A stretch of DNA of 64,000 bases. It comes from Leucoraja erinacea (taxonomy: Eukaryota). The stretch spans positions 20,336,001 through 20,400,000 of the forward strand of contig NC_073383.1 in assembly GCF_028641065.1 (NCBI RefSeq), given 5' to 3'. A model generated the notes under the pieces. That model worked only from the letters and a program-made list of their open reading frames with translations, ran no database searches and was not told the origin of the DNA. A program made the position numbers and the translations under genes. Shown piece by piece: positions 1-11,798 of this stretch (positions are counted from its first letter, which is position 1; every line of letters starts with the position of its first letter).

Positions 1-2419
1 AAAATTTGAAAAGTGAACAATTTTATTTCATTGTAATTTATAACAGCGGAAAAAAAATCACTAATAAAACTTAGTGCTACATGTTTAAGACACAATTAAT
101 TGGGACATTTTCTTCCCTCCTTTCCAGCTTTAATTTGTGCTGCTCAGCTCTGGATTCAATTTTTATCCAAGGGGCCTGATATTCATGCAAAACGCCAGAG
201 CAATATTAACAAACCTCAATGGATACAAAAAAAGGTGTGGCAGTTGACTGGAATGGGGAAGTCACGTAATTCCATCTTCACAGACATCTGAAAACATACC
301 CCAAGAGGATGGCAAAGTTGAGAAGAGATGGTAATTGAAATTCTGGTTGGATTTTCCTCTCCTGAGACCCAGGGTATCAACGTTCAAATTTGTTATTGGT
401 GCTCCAGCAGAGACCAGGCAGTTCACAAACGGGAGGCTTCCAGTTATCAGCTAAATTAGAACATCATGAATTTTAAGCTTGAATGCCTGAAGCTACGGAC
501 TTGTTAAAAATAAAAATGCATGATATAAATCTGTCCATTTTACAAATTCTGCATGCAAACTCTTAATATTCACAGTACTTAATATTCACAAAAGAACAAA
601 TTGATAGCATAGTTAATAGCATTAAATTACTCTTTCTCACTTGGTATCATTAATTCCATTATTTACTAGTATGTTGACACTTTTATTTGCTTAATACTAG
701 TTCTATCTTTAAAGGCTGGTTTGGGGGACCAAATTTAGACATTCTCCTCTTAGACTAGGCCTTGGGTTTTTGGACATTAAAGTGCTGTGTATACCCTGCA
801 CATCAGTGAATCTATGTTTAGAACACTAACATGTCTGAAGTGTAGTTTTTATAAATCATGGAATTATGAAATCATCACAACATGTTGTCTATTATTAGAA
901 AAATATGCATATATTGCAAACTTAAATATTTTTCATTTAAAACAATGGCATTTTGGAGAATGGAGTCTAAAAACACTGGAATGTTGTTATGTTTAATAGG
1001 CAGTAAAACAAAGTTTAACGCTACAACTGTTTCTACTAAATGTGTTAAAGTAATATAATTCCACCCTTTGTTGTAATCATATTGTTTATATTGGAAGAAA
1101 GATTGCTAAATAAACTGCATTGACAGCATACCCAGCATATAAATAAGAGCAACAAAAGTAATTGGGATTGAAAAGATTTTAACTGATGATTGATATTGAA
1201 TTGTTAATATATAAATGCATTACATTTAGGGAAAAGTGGTACAAATTATCCTTTTTCCGGTCATCTAATTTAAATCCAGGTAACAAATTTGTGTGAGCTA
1301 CAATTCACTATTCTGGCTTTATTTCAGACCTCTGCTTAAATATGGCACAAGTGATAAGGAAACACCAGAGCTCTGAAATCTCTTCCATTGCACAACAGGT
1401 TACATTTCTGCAAATAGACTGGAAATAACTGGTTTAAGAGAGTTACAAAATGTTTATTTTAAACCATTTAAACCAAATAACTTTTGCTTGCCATATTAGC
1501 CATTGAAGGTTTCAACTCAAATGAAAAACTTTTCCCTTTACCTCAAATGAAGATGGTCATATAAAAAAGTAATTTATTTTCTATAGTTGCCAGTTACAAT
1601 TGTACCTGGGTCACTATTGTATTTTATTAATGTATTTTTATTGAATAGAAAATACACCTTTTCATTCCTTTAATATTTAAGTGGATAGAATCTACTAATT
1701 TCTCTTTCAAAAAGGTAATGCAGAGCACAATAGTTTTAACTTTGTTTCAGAAACTGCTTCTATACCTATGAGTTCTGGTATAACCAGTACTAATTGTCTG
1801 CTACTAAAAAAATGAAGCACAATCCAAACCTCATCCTACAACAGTACTCAATGTTCATATACATAACAGGTTTCATTCAACATGTACTAACTACAAAGTC
1901 AAATAAAAGGTGTAAATAGAAACAACATCCAACTGCAATTCCTCCAGAATGCTCATTGTCCAAGGATACACGGGTGCATACAGTGAATTTGTGCAGCCCC
2001 AAGGATTTAATTCCTTCTCTCAAATCCTGGCCAACAATCCCCAAAGTGCACACCTCCGGCAATGCTGTCTTTAGTCATGTGTTGCGTCCTTATTTCACCA
2101 CTGAAGCTTCACAGTTGTTATTAATTCAATGGTACCATTGCTCTGTATGGCAAAGTTCTGAAATCAGATGATCACTGATCTTCAGTGGGTTTATTACACA
2201 ATACTGTAAAAATACAGTTGTAACTTACTGAAAATATATAATAGAAATAAGGTTGGGTAAGCTTCTCAGGTTTTCTGACGATGTCGTATTATAAAGTGCA
2301 GGGAAAACCATTTAACTGGGAAACCATTTCCCTCTTGTTGCAATATCTAAATGCTAGCAGTAATTGCATAGCAATATTAGCAGAGTGATCATATTTTAAA
2401 TCCACTTTAATTTAGATAT

Positions 2420-2569
2420 TCAACTTGAAAGTGCAACAAAATGACCCTCTGCCCCAGTTTTCTTCCTTGAGATTGCAGCATTTTCTTCCAGAATGGTCAC
2501 TGGAGGAAATTCACCATGTGAATTTCGAGAAATTCACCAATAAAGAATTTCGAGAAATTTAAGCAATCT
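2420..2569 (-). CDS. PLEKHA3: PLEKHA3 terminal exon; the FAPP1-like tail [11 protein letters not shown]...VALSS* is present but out of frame with the acceptor
   Basis: Acceptor TTCTTACAG| at 2570; spliced frame gives K-I-A-TAA (stop 2561-2559); the tail 2515-2420 lies in another frame after an internal duplication. Confidence 0.65.
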
Positions 2570-5500
2570 CTGTAAGAATCATAACAATTAATTTACAATT
2601 TTAGGACCAATATATATATATTTTTTTTTACTCACAAAAAATGTTTCAGTCCACAGATTTTAAAGATCTCAACTTAACGTTTAAATTTAACTTAAGGTTT
2701 AAAGCCAAGGACATACATTTGACACAAACCTAAGAATCACAGAGACACACAGAATTGCAGATGCTTGTTTAAAATAAAAAGACAAAGTGCTGGAGTAACT
2801 CAGCGAGTCAGGCAGCATCTCCGGAAAATACTGCTAGGTGGCGTTTCGGGTCAGACCCTTTTTCAGACGGATTATTGGAGGGATGAAGAAAGCTGGAATA
2901 GAGGGGTGGGACAAAGTCTGGCAAGTGATAGGTGAGAGGAGAGTTTTGAATGGCAGATAGTTGGACAAAGGCCAGAGATTAAAAGATAACAAGTGCGAGT
3001 CCAGATAAGAATAGAAGTGTGAAATAAAAAGCCAGTGGAAAGAATATGTGGAAGGGGATTGGGATGGGGAGGAAGGGGTGGAAAAGAGGGGACAGGGAGA
3101 AATGGGCGCAATACATGATAGAATTGTACATCACAGAAACGGGCCCTTCAGCTTTTCAAGTAACTTTGCTTATTCCACAGACAGCACCAGAGGTGGGAAA
3201 TAAGCTCAGGTAGCCGGAGCCAGGAGCATTTAGATGTGCCACTGTGGTGCTCCCAAAATAGCCCAAGTCATTGGCCTTTTACTTTGGTGTAGGTCTCATG
3301 GTGGTTCACAGCAACTATCATAGGTGTGATGCAAAATTCCAATTCAGCAATCTGGGTAGTAGCATTTACATTGTCCCACTCATTTATTTAGGCTTAGGAC
3401 TTTCGGCATGTCCCCAACAACTCTCACCAGCTTCTACAGATGTGCCGTTGAAAGCATTTTATCAGGATGTATCACAACATGGTTTGAGAATGGCTCCATC
3501 CAAGACCGCAAGAAATTGCCGAGTTGCGAAACTAGCCCAGACCTTCACACAAAGCAACCTCCCTACACTTCACGCTGCCTTGGCAAGGGCACCAGAATAA
3601 TCAAGGACGGGTCTCAGCCCCGGTCACCCCCCTCTCCCATCAGGCAAGTGATAATAATTATGAAAAGACACACCTCCAGATTCAGGGACAGTTTCTTGCA
3701 TGTTGTTATCAGTCAACTGTACCATCCTATCACCAAATAGAGTGCAGTCCTGACCGACCATCTACCTCATTGGAGACCGGACTATCTTTAATCGGACTTT
3801 ATCTTGCATTAAAAGTTACTCCTTTTATCATGTATCTGTACATGATGGACAACTTGATTGTAACCATGTGTAGTCTTTTTGCTGACTGGATAGCACGCAA
3901 CAAAAAGCTTTTCACTGTACCTCAGTGCATGTGACAATAAACTAAACTAAATTACAAAGCTCATAAATCTATTGATAATTAACTATAATGCAGAAAAATG
4001 TCCCAAAGCACTTCATAAAGGTAAAATAAAACTAAAATGGGTATCAAAACAAATCAGCAGTGGTAGGAGAGGGTCAATTAACAGCTTGAAGAGAAATATT
4101 GTTTTACATTGGGCCCCAAATTTTCATTCCTAATTTTTTTATGTACTAAGAATGACATTAAATCCATTTTTGAAACTACATACATGTATCGGCAGAATCT
4201 ATTTCAATGCTTACTTTCTGGATCATCCAGAGCACCATCGTTGTATGATTCAGTATCTGAATACGTCCGTATTCTCCTGTGCACTTCAGGCCGTAACGTT
4301 GCAATAAGCATTTCCTTTTGGTGAGGAGCGTCCAGTTTCCTGCTAAATGCAAAATGTAAACTTAACCAAGAATAAGATCAGATACAAATCAAGATGCAAG
4401 GTACTAAACAGATAATGCTCTGATAGCCAAATAATTTAAAAACACAAACCGGAACTTAAGTGAATAAGATGGATTAATTTGATTCGAATTTAGTAATAAA
4501 ATTTATAGCATTATCACAGTATTCATTTTCTTCACAGGTGAAGGAAGGCAATATACTGGCATTATCTAATACTATGCTATTACGCAGTCATGCAGAATAA
4601 TTAAATATTATGATAAATGACAATCACCAGTACATTCAAAAGCAAGTTTACTTGTACAAATTTGTGATAATATTGATCAAAATGTTAAGCCAGATAAATC
4701 TTGCACTTTCTTTCTTCTTTTACCCAACCCTTTTGAGATATACCAGTTATCCATATATCCATGCCAGGAAAGGTTTTGGGTTCTTAAACATCTGCCTAAT
4801 TACCACCACCACCACCAATTCCTACCCTAACAACCACATCCTAAATCCTCTAAATGCCCAGACATCTCCTTTCATATCCCCAGAACAGCATGAATACCTG
4901 GGCAGGATAATTATGTAATCAAAAGATCTCATCATTAAACAATTACAGGGAATATATGGTGCTGAAACAGCCCATTGGGTCCAACTTGTCCATGGCAGTT
5001 TGAGCTCTAGGCTCTTTTAGCCTCTCCTCATCCAAATTTGTTAGCTTAATTCTCTTTTCTCATCTTAATTGTATGCTTGTCCAGCCTCTCCTTGTTTGCA
5101 AAAGCACCATCTGCTTCTGGCACTCCCATATTTTTATCACGTTCCAGGCAATTACCAATATAATTTGCATTAATAACCAACAACAAAACTCCTTTCTCTT
5201 ACCCATCATAAAGAATGGTACCAGGATGACTAATTGATCGTTTCATCTGCAATATTGAAAAAGTTACCAACTTACAAAACATCTAAATTAAACTTGCATC
5301 AGTTCAACATATCAAGAGGGAACAAAACGACAATTAAACATTACACAAGAAAATAATAGCAGCATTAAAAAAAATGCAGAAACATTAACATATAGAGGAA
5401 TAAATGTGTATTTGTTCCTCTTAATAATACCATACCCGAACCATCTGAACTGGTGATGGTGAAACAGGAGAGACAAGTGGATCGGAGTGAGTAAACTGGA

Positions 5501-8500
5501 ACATTTCTGGCTTAAACTTGGCATTGGCTATTTTCATACACTCTTCAAGAGTTGTAATGAAGGTATTACACGTGGCACTGAGCAAAGAAGAGGCTTCATT
5601 CATATTCTAAGAAACAAAAATACATTCATTTTAGATACACAATTGGGATTAATGAATTTCTCAAAATACTAGCAGATTGAAAGAACCATCCCCTTACATA
5701 GGTACAGGTTCCAGGCCAGTAAATTAACAAATATGAGTCAACACTATTTCATATGGGAAAATTACTTAGTACCAAAAGGTATAATACATAAAAGAACAAT
5801 TAGCCAGAAAATAATCTCATACTCAGCTGAACAGAGATGTCTACACTATTCCATGTTACACAGAGGTTACCAAAAATCTTAACAATGTCGTCACTCAGTG
5901 TACAAAATCATGAAAGGAATAGAACGGGTCTCTTGCACAGTCTCTTGCCCAGAGTAGGGGAATCGAGGACCAGAGGACATAGGTTCAGGTAAAGGGGAAA
6001 AGATTTAATAGGAATCCGAGGGGTAACTTTTTCACACAAAGGGTGGCGGGTGTATGGAACAAACTGCCAGAGGAGGTAGTTGAGGCTGGGACTATCCCAT
6101 TGTTTAAGAAACAGTTAGACAGGTACATGTGGTCCTGGTAACTGGAGCTGGAAGCCATGAGGTATGACTGGAGCTGGAAGCCATGAGGTACGACTGGAGC
6201 TGGAAGGGTTTCGGCCCGAAACTTTGCCTATTTCCTTCGCTCCGTGAGTCTGAAGAAGGGTTTCGGCCCGAAACGCTGCCTATTTCCTTCGCTCCATAGA
6301 TGCTGCTGCACCCGCTGAGTTTCTCCAGCACTTTTGTCTACCTTAGACAGTTATATGGATAGGACAGGTTTGGTGGGATATGGACCAAGCGCAGGCAGGT
6401 GGGACTAGTGTGGATGGGACATCGTTGGCCAGTGTGGGCAAGATGGGCCTGTTTCCACACTGTATCACTCTATGATTGGATTGGATGGTCGAACATAGGA
6501 ATAACGGCATTGGGTGAATGAACACAATTTTCATGGGTGCAAGGCATAGTCTGGTTCCATTGTAATTTCAATGCATTTTTCTAAGTCACTCAGATAGTCT
6601 AGTTGAAGCAGAGAGAATTGCCATACTGCACACAAATGTTTTAATTTGTATTTAGGATCTTCTCATCAGTTTCAACAGATACTAGCTATAACTAATAAAA
6701 ATAAATACATACAAATATTCCAAATACATATATATAAATATATATTCTGATACTATACCTCAGCAGGTGGCGTCAAACCTGGCTGATCCTGTTTAACAGA
6801 CTCTTGTATTGTATGAACTTGCTGCATTAGCAAGTCACAATACAACCGAAGTTCGGACATCTTAGTTCTGAGAGATTCAATGGTCTCATTGATTTCTGCA
6901 GAATTAAAATAATACACAATGTGAACTAATGAATTAGTGAAACGTATTTATACATCAAAATTCGTCGACATGGTTAATTATGAGCAAGACCCACCGAATA
7001 ATCTGACATGGACCAAAACCAGTATTAGGCTGACAATTTATTTGTTATATTTTGCAAACCATATATAACTTATAAATTAATTATTTTACAGTTAAAGAGT
7101 GCAATTAATACTTTTTACTGTTTACCAACTAGGTTGTTAAGAGTTGTATTTACTTTCTTGAGCAACAAATAAAGTGCTGGAGGAACTTAGCATGCTAGGC
7201 AGCATCTGTGGAGGGAAGTGGACAGACAACGTCTTAGGTTGCAACTCTTCTTAAAACTGTCTGGAGTATCACAACATTTAAAAAACATTTGAGTGGGTAC
7301 ATGGATCGGACAGGTTTGGATGGATATCGACCAAAAGCAGGCAGGTGGAACTAATGAAAATGAGGCGCGTTGGTCGGTGTGGGCAAATTGGCCCCAAGGG
7401 CTTGTTTCCACGGTGTATGACTCTATGAGTATGAAGAGGAGTCCTGAACCAATATGTCATCTGTCCACTAAATGCTGCCTGACTCGATGACTCCTCCACC
7501 ACTTTGCTTATTGCTCAATTATTAATATAAGTTCATCAAATAAAGTTACAGCAGGTAGTTTTGAATTTACTTTATGTATGTTTTTATCCTGCTTGTATTT
7601 AATGTTACCTTTTTCTTTTTTAGTCCTTGTATCTGCAAGACATGCTTTCGAACTGCCTAGTGCCACCAACCATCTCTGCCTCTCAGCAGCATTGACTGAT
7701 TTGACATAGAAATGTTGTTCTCCAGGAATAATCAGCTCCATTCGTGTGTTATCTGTTGAATGTACTAGTTTTAAAGAAGAACAAGTGATGAAGTGATCCC
7801 ATAGTTAAATACAACTAAACTCACAAAAAAGTTATAGAAATAAAAAATACTTCCAGTATTCTAATTTCTACAAAACGTTAATCAGTTTTTGGTGTTCTGA
7901 AAGTGCCTGGATATCCTACCCTAAGAGCTAAATAAAATATCTATGGAAATCTGCTGAAGATTAAGGATGGTGGTATTTTCTTTACAGAAGATAAAATAAT
8001 CTAGGTCAAATTAATTTCATTTAATATTAACTGATTTAATTTGATTTAGGAAAAGTGTTTATCACTTGCCTTTAATTTCGCAAACAGCCATTTTGATACT
8101 CCCTTTGCTGCCTTTGTTAACATCATCCTGAGAATCATAATAAGAAAGTATTCCATTGTCCAGTACGAACCAACGAGGCTGCCAACCTGAGGAAGAGAAA
8201 TAACATTTACATTACTATTTAATTCTTTGACGTATCAATTTTCACAGGACAGATACCAGGCGCAGGACTGAAAATGTTGTGAAAATAGCCAGTATATAGG
8301 TGAGAGTTTAGTTTACAGATGGCATGGAAACAGGCCCTTCGGCCCTCCGAGTCCACGTAAACCTGGAGCACCTGGAGAAACCCACGCAGTCACAAAGACC
8401 TGGAGAAACCCACGCAGTCACAAAGATTGGACAGCACCCATAGTCAGGATCTAACCCAGGTCTCTAGCGCTGTCAAGCTGCAACTCTACAGCTGTGCCAT

Positions 8501-9360
8501 GTGCAACCCGAGTGGGAGGGGAGGTAGGATGATCATAGTTACAATCAGATTTGGGGAGAATGGGAGAGATAAGGATGACGGGCAGATGGGGCTATGGGGA
8601 TGGGTGGGGGGAGTAGAGAGGAAAGGTGAATCAAGAAAGAAAAATCCAAACCAGATAGATATGTGGATGATAGTCATATGGAACGAGGTGGGGGAGGAGA
8701 TAGGATTGAAAAGGTGAATAAAGGGGGACTGAACTTGGGTGAACAGATGGGGGTTCACTTGAAATTGGAAAGTTCCATTTTTATAACTTTGGGTCTTGCC
8801 GCTCAGGTGGATCTGTTTTATACTGGACATCATCCTGGAAGATTGAAGGCAACAAATCAGTGTAGTAAAGGAAGGAGTGAAGTTGAAACAGTGAAGTTGA
8901 AATGACATGGAACTACAGGGATCAAGATGGTCATTGCAGATAGCACAAGAATTCTGCAGAACAATCACACATCTATCTACGTTGGGTCTGGCAGATGTAA
9001 AGACCATATGTCAAGACCGCATGTAGTAGAGAATGTAGTAGACGAGGATGGAGGAAGTGCATGTGAATCTCTGCCTCACTTAGAAGGGCTGTTTAGTTAG
9101 TTCCCTGGATGTTGGTGGTGAGGGAGTGTTGGGGCAAGTGTTGCATCTCCTACAGTTTCAGGTGAAGTGCCAGAGGTTGGAGATTGGCGAGTGGGAAGGG
9201 ACAAAGGGGATGAGCTGATGAGGGAGTGATGGAGAGTGTAGTCCCTGTCAGGGGTCAAGATGACAGGACCAGGCGGCGCTCCCCCGGTGCGGTGCGGGCC
9301 GGTTCCGGGGCCTCCCTCACCCGTCAGGTAGTTGGTCCACTTGTAAAGTATTCCTTCCAT
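2420..9360 (-). CDS. PLEKHA3: Pleckstrin homology domain-containing A3 (FAPP1), 8 coding exons: 9360-9321, 8186-8070, 7764-7609, 6895-6759, 5606-5442, 5246-5203, 4342-4215, 2569-(2559 or 2420)
   Basis: Spliced translation [95 protein letters not shown] is the FAPP PH domain, followed by [20 protein letters not shown] and [17 protein letters not shown]. No GLTP domain is seen, so FAPP1 rather than FAPP2. Head-to-head with FKBP7. The last exon is anomalous (see findings). Confidence 0.95.
3370..3950 (+). mobile_element. Degenerate Rex1/Babar-type LINE 3' end
   Basis: [21 protein letters not shown]...RIIKD...RFRDSF; tail GTGACAATAAACTAAACTAAA. Confidence 0.7.
4215..4342 (-). CDS. PLEKHA3: PLEKHA3 exon 7 (128 nt, or 125 nt with the NAGNAG acceptor)
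   Basis: TTAG|CAG acceptor, ...[21 protein letters not shown], donor A|GTAAGC. Confidence 0.85.
5203..5246 (-). CDS. PLEKHA3: PLEKHA3 exon 6 (44 nt)
   Basis: TTGCAG|, [15 protein letters not shown], donor GG|GTAAGA. Confidence 0.9.
5442..5606 (-). CDS. PLEKHA3: PLEKHA3 exon 5 (165 nt; in-frame alternative donor at 5436)
   Basis: TTAG|, [23 protein letters not shown]...SPSPVQM, donors ATG|GTTCGG or CGG|GTATGG. Confidence 0.9.
5890..6480 (+). mobile_element. CR1 3' fragment with a nested Penelope-derived repeat
   Basis: ACTTTTTCACACAAAGGGTGG...TGGAACAAACTGCC; TTAGACAG repeated around an insert containing CTGAAGAAGGGTTTCGGCCCGAAAC. Confidence 0.65.
6759..6895 (-). CDS. PLEKHA3: PLEKHA3 exon 4 (137 nt)
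   Basis: TGCAG|, [32 protein letters not shown]...PPAE, donor GAG|GTATAG. Confidence 0.93.
7609..7764 (-). CDS. PLEKHA3: PLEKHA3 exon 3 (156 nt)
   Basis: CTAG|, [19 protein letters not shown]...TRTKKEK, donor G|GTAAC. Confidence 0.95.
8070..8186 (-). CDS. PLEKHA3: PLEKHA3 exon 2 (117 nt), GC donor
   Basis: Acceptor TTCCTCAG|, [11 protein letters not shown]...MAVCEIK, donor AAG|GCAAGT. Confidence 0.93.
8510..9200 (-). mobile_element. Degenerate Penelope-like element fragment in PLEKHA3 intron 1
   Basis: Remnant [14 protein letters not shown] near 9080-9038 (GIY-YIG entry motif) and a pyrimidine-rich 3' region like that of the 25337-25747 copy. Confidence 0.55.
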
Positions 9361-9750
9361 CTTCACACGGCGCGGCGGCGCCGCGTCACACGCAGTCGGC
9401 GAGCCCGGCCTGCAGCCGGAGGCGCGGCCTCAGAGCGGCGCCAGCGGCACGGGAGGAGCCTGCGCTCGGCAGCATGGCGGCCCGACCCGTCCAGTCCAGG
9501 GAACCGGCGCCTGCAACACACAGGCGGGCAGTCACAGACAGACAGGCCGTCGGCGCGGCCGCTGCCCGCTCACCCCTCACCCCTCGCCGCCTGCGCAGCC
9601 ACGTCGGACAGAGACGTGACGTCACCACGTGATCGACCAGCGAGATGGTCCCGCCCCCCCGCCGTGGGCGGAGCCAGATCCACTGATTGACGTGTTAATT
9701 GACCAATGCACGTCATCAGGGGGGGTGGTGCCAGGATAACCAATGGAAAG
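9200..9750. promoter_or_regulatory. CpG island / PLEKHA3 promoter (divergent from FKBP7)
   Basis: GC- and CpG-rich; CRE TGACGTCA 9617-9624, E-box CACGTG 9626-9631, GC boxes about 9650-9672, TGACGTG 9688-9694, CCAAT 9703-9707 and 9740-9744, CACGTCA 9709-9715. Confidence 0.75.
9321..9360 (-). CDS. PLEKHA3: PLEKHA3 coding exon 1 (40 nt)
   Basis: ATG at 9360, [14 protein letters not shown], donor G|GTGAG, inside a CpG island. Confidence 0.95.
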
Positions 9751-9838
9751 CTAGCTTCGCCATAAGATCTTTGATGGCAAGGGTAACCCTGTTCAAGAAG
9801 GAACTGCAGATGCTGGAAAATCGAAGGTACACAAACAT

Positions 9839-10375
9839 TGTATTGTATTGTGTATCTTTATTGTCATTTCCTGAGTATTCACATACCCAGAGGAAACAAA
9901 AAAACGTTGCTCAACCAGTGTCCATTCAGTGTACATTAAAAATAAATAGAAATAAAAATACATATATCATGAACAAATTTAACACTCTACTAAACATTCA
10001 ACAGGCGTTCCGATCGGCAGCGGCACAACAGTGGCTCTGCTGCAGTGTGTCCAGGTTGGTGGGCGATACTTTGGCAGGGGGCAAAGTCCGTTTAGCAGTC
10101 TTATAGCCTGCGGGAAGAAGCTGAGGAGCATCCTGCTGGTTTTGCAGCTAATGCTCCTGTACCTCTTCCCAGATGGCAGGATGGAGAATATGTGATGCGA
10201 TGGGTGGTAGGGGTCTTTGATGATGGAGATGGCTCTGCTGATACATCTCTTCCTGTATATGTCCAGCAGGAAAGGGAGTGGAGCACCAATAATCCTGCTG
10301 GTGGTCTTCACAAACCTGTCTAGTTGGTGCCGTTCGTACGCCTTGCAGCTCCCGAACCAGGAAGTGATGCCGTAG
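9839..10375 (-). mobile_element. 3' fragment of a Rex1/Babar-type LINE with TSD, between the PLEKHA3 and FKBP7 promoters
   Basis: YGITSWFG...IIKDPYHPSHHIFSILPSGKRYR...SFFPQAIRLLN; (CAATA)n tail; TSD CAAACAT 9832-9838 / 10376-10382. Confidence 0.85.
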
Positions 10376-11595
10376 CAAACATGCTGGAGTAACTCAGCGG
10401 GTCCTGCAGGCAGCATCTCTGGAGAGAAGGAATGGGTGACGGCTCGGTCTGAAGAAGGGTCTCGACCCCCGAAACCCATTCCTTTTCTCCAGAGATGCTG
10501 CCTGTCCCGCTGAGTCGCTCCAGCATTTTGTGTCTGTGTGGAATGACTCTAGCACTTTGTGTCTTTTTAATTATTCCCTGCTGTTTCCCTGCATGTATGC
10601 ATGTGTAGGAAGGAACTGCAGATGCTGGTTTAAAGCGAAGATAGACACAAAAAGCTGGAGTAACTCAGCGGGCCAAACAGCACTTCTAACACATTGTCGG
10701 TATCTGCACAAGGCAAGGCAAGTTTATTTGTACAGCACCTTTCAACAACAAGGTAATTCAAAGTGCTTTACATAAAATATTATAAGCATTGGAAAACACC
10801 AAACTTTTTTTTCTCCTTTATTACATTGCTTACAGAGGACGTTGTTTACATATTCTGTTGTGTTCATAAGGTCATAAGGAATAGGAATAGAATCGAGGGA
10901 TATGGGGAGAATCTAGGCACGGGTTTTTGATTGGGGACGATCAGCCATGATCACAATGAATGCTGACTCGAAGGGCCGAATGGCCTCCTCCAGCACCTAT
11001 TTTCTATGTGTCTGTTTAATTAGGCCGTTCGGCCCATCAAGTCTACTCCGCCATTCATTCAATCATGGCTGGTCTATCTCTCCTTCCTAGCCCCAATTAC
11101 CTGCCTCCTCCCCATAACCTCTGACACCAGTACTAATCAAGAATCTATCTATTTCTGCCTTAAAAATATTCACGTGTTGCTACTAGTAAGAATTTCATAA
11201 TGCTATCTGGGACATATGACGGTACAAACACTCATGAGTCGAGAGTCAAGTCAAGAGTCAATTTAATTGTCATGAAGGATCTAGACTCCATTCCTTCTCT
11301 CGAGAGGTGCCGAGTTACTCTAGCTTTTTGTGTCTAACTTCGGTATAAACCTGCAGCTGCAGTTGTTGCAGACTCACACATTCTTGGACACTTCTCACAC
11401 AATCCTGCATACTCTTGGCTCTTGTTTCCCGGGAGCGACAGGCCGATTGACTGACGGGGGTGGTGACCAGTAGGGAGGATGGCCCGCCCTGCTGTTGTGT
11501 TGTCAGGGGCGACGGCGAGCTCAGGCGGGGCACGGAGACGTGGCAGTTGGGCCGGAGGAGCTTCAGCAGTTGCAGCACAGCCTTGTCTATCCACA

Positions 11596-11798
11596 ATGAA
11601 CCGTCCTGCCGCCTTACTCCTCTTTTTGTTGGCTTGCTCTGCCGTCTTTAATCAGGTTGACGCCGACACCAAAGAAGAAGTGAAGATAGAGGTTGTGTAC
11701 AGGCCGGACGACTGCCATCGGAAGAGCAGGCGAGGAGACGCGCTCAATGCTCACTACGATGGCTACCTCGCCGAGGACGGCTCGCAGTTTTATTGCAG
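11596..11798 (+). CDS. FKBP7: FKBP7 exon 1 (203 nt)
   Basis: ACAATG start, donor AG|GTATCT. Confidence 0.93.

Noticed and set aside
1-500. TTN 3' end or a coding exon (ORF 100-291, AATAAA at 63)
   Set aside because: No titin-like peptide; only synteny suggests it, so it is unsupported.
9361-9366. Upstream start MKMEG for PLEKHA3
   Set aside because: The ORF track uses a GTG start; the first ATG is at 9360 and matches the family N-terminus.
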